Assembly: GCA_964106645.2 (NCBI GenBank)
Contig: OZ067045.1
Source of the DNA: Podarcis pityusensis
Lineage: Eukaryota
Length of the DNA stretch: 64,000 nt
Reading direction: 5' to 3' (one strand)
Of the stretch, positions 57,646-64,000 are shown one piece after another (the stretch's first letter is position 1; each line of letters begins with the position of its first letter). The notes beneath the pieces are model-generated. The model saw nothing but the letters and a program-made list of their open reading frames with translations. It did not search any database and was not told where the DNA came from. A program made the translations under genes and the position numbers.

Positions 57646-60600
57646 CTGCAGACAGAGAAGGGAAGATACAGAGCAAAACGCATGTGTGTGCTTCTACATT
57701 TATACTTTAGCAAAAACGGTGAGTCAAATGCCTGTCAAAAACCAGCTTGCAGGGATAGGGGCAAAGAGCAACCGAGTAGGATTGAATTCTCCACAAAGGG
57801 TAACTTGAAGGGTTTCAGTCCTGCTTTCTGCAAGCTCTCAGCACACCAGTGACTTCCCTGTGGATGTACTCAAACCAAGCAGGGTTAAACTCTCTGCCCA
57901 TCATCAGATGAACTCAGGGATGGGCGTGCCAGCAGGCTCCTCCCGGGGAAAATGCTCACACACCCAAACCAAGCAGGACCAAAATCCTTGCCTATCAGAT
58001 GATGTGCGAGGAGCTCGATCTTGCTGCTGCATTCCTACCTGCCCCACACTGGATATCACATATGACGCCAGTTGTGGGGCAAGTGGTGTGGTTTGGGGAA
58101 AACAGCCTGGTGGGCCAAGAACACACAAAACAAATTTGAAGGCTTTCTGAAAAAGCAAGCAGGTTTCCACCAATGATATCCCTGCTCTTCAGGACCTCCC
58201 CCTCCCCACTTATATTATCCAACTATCTTCATTTATGTCTTGTCGGCTAAGAGGCACTCTTACTACACTGGCCGGGCAATTTCCTACCTTCCTATCCCTG
58301 AATTTCAGAGTGCAGGCGTAACATGACGAAATCTCACTCTTCCTCTCCTCTAACTGATTCTAGGGTGGAAACAGCAAGGAACAAATGGCAAATCTCTCTC
58401 TGGCAAAGCAACAGAGCTAAGAAACAATGCAGCCTTTGCTTTTCTCCAAGCTGGGTTGGTTGAGTGCGCTGGAATAAGTCTCTGTGTTTTCAGTTAAACT
58501 GGCAGGGATGTAAGTCAGTGAAGGGCTGCAGCCTAAAGCAATTAGGAATGTACACTTGTGTATATAATTGTCACCAAACTCAGTTTGCAAGTCAAGCCCC
58601 AGCAACCTGCTGCCTTTAATAAGAGAGAGAAAGATGCCCTAACAATACTCCATCTCTAGCATCGGGGATTAGGACAGAACTCGATGGCGTGTGACTATGG
58701 GTTTCTCCAAGTACAGGGATTTCTCATTCCTTGCTCCTAAGTGATGCCTCCAAGTCTGTTCACCCTACAGAAATGCAGAAAGAGAAAGGCTGCTTCCATA
58801 CTAAGGTCTCCTTAATGCTGTGGAGGAGATGCTTTTCAGCAGTCAAGCTGAACGTGGAACGAAAATGGCACTTAAGATAGTGCCAATAGATCTGGAAATG
58901 TCTATCCTGGTGCCCAAGATGCTTCTATCATGTTCGTTCACAAGTAAGTTCCATTCTGCAAAGGTTGCCTGCAACTTAAAAGCTTTCCCTGCTTGCGTTG
59001 TTACTCATACCCTGGTTCAGTGCAGCCACAGGATTATTGATCAATCCCCCCCCCAATTAGCAAGTTTAACAGCATGAAGGAAATAAATAAGGAGAGCAGA
59101 CCAATAAAACCACTCTCCAGGGAACAGGAGCTCATTAATTAAGCAGCAACTAGTGCTGAACAGGAAGCAATTACAGGGGGCGAAGCTGAAAGAAGGAAGT
59201 TTCTAATTAGAGGAACAGAAAGTCCTGAAGGCCCTCAGCAGCACTTTCCCAGTCAACTGGCACTGCAGTTACATTTTAAAAGGAGGGTGGTCATCGCAGA
59301 TCAGGAGAGAGACACAGAATGCAACATATTGGTGATGGCATTGTATGACTTTTCTGCAAAAAATGACTGAAAGGGGGGTAGTAATTTCAGCTGAAACAGC
59401 TAGTGTAGACAAGGCAGTTCTGATTGTAGCAGAGTGCTTTACATGCAGAAGGTCCCAAGCTCAACCCCTGACATTTTCAGGTAGGGCTAGGACAGAGCCC
59501 TGTCTGACACTTTGGACAGCTGCTGCCAGCTAAGGCAGACAATACAGAACTAGATGGACACATAATATGATTTGGCATACAATAAGCTTCCTTATTGGGA
59601 CATGGGTGGCACTGTGGGTTAAACCACAGAGGCTAGGACCTGCCGATCAGAAGGTTGGTGGTTCGAATCCCCGCGACGGGGTGAGCTCCTGTTGCTTGGT
59701 CGCCGCTCCTGCCAACCTAGCAGTTCGAAAGCACGTCAAAGTGCAAGTAGATAAATGGGTACTGCTCCAGTAGGAAGGTAAACGGTGTTTCCGTGCACTG
59801 CTCTGGTTCGCCAGAAATGGCTTAGTCATGCTGGCCACATGACCCGGAAGCTGTACGCCGGCTCCCTCGGCCAATAAAGTGAGATGAACGCCGAAACCCC
59901 AGAGTCAGTCACGACTGGACCTAATGGTCAGGGGTCCCTTTACCTTTAAGCTTCCTATATCCTACAGTGTGCTGCTGAATGGTAAGACAATCTGTTGCAT
60001 AGTGGCCTTAGCTGGCATTGTCTTGCTTAGTGGGCAGGTGGTCTACAGACTGGGCAGAGCAACCCACATGCCCCTGAAACTGAAAATCAGATGGCGGCTC
60101 GTGCAACCAGGAGGATCCCCAATCCTGATACTCGTGGCCATGGAAGACAAGCAGACCAGGAGAGTCTTCCTCTTCCCAAAACTCACCCTTACATTTAAAC
60201 ACTAGCCTGGCAGCCACAGGCGACCAGGGGTAGCATGTGGGTGAGCACACAGAGTTCCATGCAGAAGAGTGAGAGGCTGGCAGGAGAATGTTCCATCCCT
60301 CCTCTACAGCCAATGTGGAAAACAAGTGGGATGCTAGGGGAAAAAAGCCCCTTCCTTGGCACCCAAGAGACACAGCTCTCCATTACCCTTTCTGCTAGCC
60401 CCTAGCAGGGAAGTAGTATCTTTCCTGCAGTCTAGGAACTTGATGGGGGCGGGCTTACTTACAAGGCTGCTTGAACTAGCTTCTGTGCAAAGGGTCCCTA
60501 TGTGAAAAAGACTTTCTCTGTCCCTTCTGCCTCCTGCCTCCTACCCCCAATTGACTGAATCCTGTTCTCCTTTCGCCCCGTGAATGAAGCTAAGCTGCAT

Positions 60601-63568
60601 TCTCCCCCTGGGATGATGGCTACCCTTCAAGATCTGGCCCTAAGGGGAAGGCACACACACCCTCCCCATTGCTCAGCCAGTTTTCCTCCCCAAGGGGCAA
60701 GCAAAATACAAACACAGCAGCTGCCTGGAAGATGCTGTCAAATGACACCTGCCCAAGTGCAGAGGTTGCTAAACGGCCTTCACACCGGCAGTGTAGCTGT
60801 GCAGAGGTTTGCCAGTGGCGCTGTGGATCTCTGTTACCTACCTTATGCTGTTTGAGAGCCCTGTTCAGCTTCTTCTCCTGAGTCAGCTGCAATTTAGTCC
60901 TCTCCAGAGCTTCTTTCAGCAAAGCCTTCTCTTCAGCTTCTCGGTAGATCTTGTCAGCCAATTTGGCCAGCTCAGACTGGCAGGCTTGCAGAGTCTGCTT
61001 GTTTGTCCTGTACAATGAGACAGACAGGGTAGCTGGAAGTTGGTGTGTTGCAAACCGCATTATAAAAGGGAAACATCACCCTGAAGCTTACAATAAGCGA
61101 AATCTGTAAGTCCTTAAAAGTTACTAATCAACAAAAACTTAGTAACCAGTGCTTGAAATTCCCCAAAGCACTCCTGCTTGGTCATCTACAGGAACTCTTT
61201 ACTCGCCTATAGACAATGTTCAGGCATGAGGCTATATTTAACTGCACTAAGGACACCGCTGAGTGGATGGTAAAGAAACACCCAGAAAAAATGAATACAT
61301 GCCACCACCCCTCATAATAAATGGAATGAGCTTCAATCATGACAAATTTATCAAGCACTATCTTATCTATTTCATTTCGTTTCTGAATCCCTTTCCATGA
61401 AACAGTTCAAAATTAACAGAAACATGATAAAATCATTAATTAAAAAATGAAGAATAAAAATACATATACAAATAATTTCAAATCCAAAACAGACGCAGAC
61501 TAAGTTAATTTATCAGGCGTCTCCCCTTAATTAAAGGGCTGGTGCCATGCCATTTTTATTGCAATCATCTGTTTTTTAAAAAAGATATTTCATATATATA
61601 TATACAGAGAGAGAGAGAGTTTTAATTCTATTAATGTTTAGTTGTTTTTGAATGACTGGTTTCCTGCTCCCCTATGTTTTTAGCTGTTCTTATTTTATCT
61701 ATAAGCTGACTTGAGTCCGTCAAGGAAAAAGGCGGGGCATAAATCAATACAAAAGGCTCTTTGAAAAAGAAAGGTGCCCCAAAGACAGTGTGTGCGCGTG
61801 TCACCTTTGTACCTGAACTGCCCGACGTCCCTTTCGTACTCTTTCAGCAGCGACTCTTTCCTCTCGAGGCGATCCTTGAGCTTCCTGATCTTGTCAAAGA
61901 GCAGCCCGAGGTCCTTCTGCCGTCGCACCCCGAGCTTCTCCCTCTCATCGTAAGGAAGGTGCTTTACCGTCTGCATCCCTGTCAGCTCCTTGACGTTCAC
62001 CAGGTTGGCGAGATCCTGGATCAGGCTGAGGTACTGGAGGGAAAGAGCAGGGAGCAAACTATCGGTGAGAATGGCAAGATTTTCCCAAGCTGGAAAAAGA
62101 ACCCCCACTCTGAAATCAAGCAGATGTCTTCGCTTTGCATTACCACTGGAGATGCAGAGCTAAGCGAGCAACCCACTTGTGTTCCTGATTCACCCACCTG
62201 TAATCCATAGGAGGGCTATGATCAGTACTATGCAGTCTCGTAAACCAGAGGCAGGGTACCTTTTTCAGCCTGAGGGCCGTACTCCCTCATGGGTAACCTT
62301 CTGGGGGCCACATGTCAGCGATGGGTAGGGCCAGAGGCAGAATTGGGTGCAGCCACAGATATGACTCTTACCCTTGTTATGTCAGAGGTTTCTACACACG
62401 GCCGACCCTACATACATCTCCCTGTATAGTCCACCCAGGCAGACACACTTGAGCCAGAGGAAGGAAGCGGAGGTGGCCTGGCAGGAGTTCAGGTAAGAGA
62501 AGCCTGGAGGGCCACATTTGGCCCTCTGAGTCTGAGGTTTCTCAGCCCTGATGCAAATGAAGGTCAGTGTCAGCTTCTGGCACCTTTGGGAATTTGCTGA
62601 AGCCAAGCTGCCCTGGAAGGGCATGCCCATCTAACCCTAAGCCATGGTGGTAGAGGATGGTTCTGGGCATTGTGGTAGATTTTTAAAAAAACTTTTAGGT
62701 TGCTCACAGCCACGTCCTGCAGACTGCAATGCGGCTGCCTGCTGACAGTCTTGCCACCATCATGGCAAGGGTAAGCCTGCTGAAGGCAGGGGATGTGGTG
62801 GGTACTTGAGGGCACTCGCTGATGGGCGGGCTCAAACCTGACACCATCACTGATGTACGCGCATGGTAATAACAGTATTTGTAGCATCCTCTCTTGGGAG
62901 CACATCTCTGCCCCTAGACACAGATCAGGAGAGGACTGCATGCTGTGATGTCCTCTGCAACATAAAGCCCCCCCCCAAGTACTTTAACACATTCTTCATT
63001 TTCATACCATGTTCTCACTGAGGTCTAAAGCGTCAGCCATTTCCAGCTTCGCAGTCCTCTCTATGGTCAAGTTGGGATCTGTTCTGGAAACACTGCTTTG
63101 AAGCTGGGAGGGTAAAGGAAACAGAATCATAGCATTGTAGCTCCAACCCCCTGCAATGCAGGAATCACACCTAAAGAATCCATAGCAGATGACTGATCCA
63201 CCCTCTGTTTAAAAACCTCCAAGGAAGGAGAGTCTACCACCTTCTGAGGGAGCCCATTCCACTACCAAACAGCTCTTACTGTCAGAAAGTTCTTCCTAAT
63301 GTGAAATAATGTATTCTGAAATATTCAGAATAGATTATTGAGGTGGGAGCTATGGCCAAAAAGACATCAACAAATATTCTTCCTTCCTTTCATGACACGT
63401 TTTCTAAAAAAAGCATCACCAGGATACCGTGCATTGTTCAGTTTACCTGATTAGCATCCGCTGCTGTCATCAGGGTTGTCACCTGCTCCTTCTCTGTTCT
63501 TTCATCTCCCTTCTCAGCTGGGCCTTTTTTAAGCACTCTAAGTGGCTCTCCAATTCTCTCTTCAAAAC
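57550..63568 (-). CDS. FHAD1: Forkhead-associated domain-containing protein 1, 3' part (gene continues beyond the window end)
   Basis: Six phase-compatible coiled-coil exons. Segments AKLEMADALDLSE, DLGLLFDKI and IYREAEEKALLKEALER match recalled FHAD1 C-terminus. Synteny upstream of EFHD2. Confidence 0.8.
58288..58359 (-). CDS. FHAD1: FHAD1 probable penultimate exon (NQLEERKSEISSCYACTLKFRDRK)
   Basis: 72 nt, phase 0/0; Cys-containing motif resembling recalled FHAD1 C-terminus; alternative in-frame donor 24 nt further. Confidence 0.55.
59597..59947 (+). mobile_element. Sauria SINE
   Basis: Same family; TSD TAAGCTTCCT. Confidence 0.9.
60842..61007 (-). CDS. FHAD1: FHAD1 internal exon (TNKQTLQACQSELAKLADKIYREAEEKALLKEALER...LKQHK)
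   Basis: 166 nt, AG/GT borders. Confidence 0.85.
61813..62033 (-). CDS. FHAD1: FHAD1 internal exon (YLSLIQDLANLVNVKE...LLKEYERDVGQF)
   Basis: 221 nt, AG/GT borders, coiled coil. Confidence 0.85.
63008..63103 (-). CDS. FHAD1: FHAD1 internal exon (LQSSVSRTDPNLTIERTAKLEMADALDLSENM)
   Basis: 96 nt, phase 0/0, AG/GT borders. Confidence 0.8.
63122..63302 (-). mobile_element. CR1 LINE 3' fragment
   Basis: Similar to 45544-45753. Confidence 0.7.
63447..63568 (-). CDS. FHAD1: FHAD1 internal exon (FEERIGEPLRVLKKGPAEKGDERTEKEQVTTLMTAADANQ)
   Basis: AG/GT borders, open in phase 1 to 0. Confidence 0.65.
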
Positions 63569-64000
63569 CTGAGAAAGAGAAGTCGTACTGTGCCACTTCC
63601 CGTTTCACTTGAAACTCACATTAAACACGTTTTGCACAGGATGAAAGATTCCAGGGAAAAGAGGGCGAAGACTATGGGGTGGAGTGCTTGGAACTAGGGC
63701 ACAACAGGACAGGGCCAGGTTCAAATCTCTGCTGAGCAGGAAAGCTCATTTGGTGATATGGACTAGACACTTTCTATCTCACACGATTCAAAATTCAACT
63801 GGAGAAGTGGTGAGCAGGTGTTTAATCCTTTACACACACACAATGGCAATTCATTAAATTGCTCTCTTTCTATTAATTCACAGAATGGGGCAGGGAGTCT
63901 GAGGGCCACCTGCCAGTGGTGGGTGGAGCCAGAGGCTGAAGGGGTTGGAACAACAAATGTGAATTTTTACCTCTTTGAGTATCTGCAGACACTTGCACCA

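Noticed and set aside
59597-59680. tRNA genes (also near 36400-36477 and 22950)
   Set aside because: The A and B boxes belong to SINE heads followed by SINE bodies and tails; there is no complete cloverleaf.

Overview
Eukaryotic (vertebrate) genomic DNA, most likely from a squamate lizard. Sauria SINEs, BovB, CR1, L1 and a Penelope-like element point to this, and the SINE type is lacertid-like (inference). The window is the FHAD1-EFHD2-CTRC/CELA2 region. It holds a complete 8-exon chymotrypsin C gene (CTRC, minus, CDS 907-9301, 266 aa), head-to-head with a complete 8-exon CELA2A-like elastase (plus, CDS 10724-19603, 271 aa). It also holds a complete 4-exon EFHD2/swiprosin-1 (minus, CDS 25692-50644, 239 aa) and the 3' exons of FHAD1 (minus, about 57550-63568). 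All exons were assembled by hand from GT-AG sites and reading phase, and protein comparisons are from memory, not from a database search. Notable observations: (1) the CELA2-scaffold enzyme carries an elastase-1/3-type S1 pocket (Val216/Thr226) plus Pro183 and Lys192; (2) a Penelope insertion carries a minimal hammerhead ribozyme and a long inverted repeat in the presumed EFHD2 3'UTR; (3) two long-range templated insertions both involve one Tc1/mariner MITE family; (4) a Tc2/pogo-like DNA element contains a young L1 and a 122-bp higher-order tandem array; (5) a solo LTR retains a full set of promoter motifs. I found no prokaryotic-type system (CRISPR, operon).
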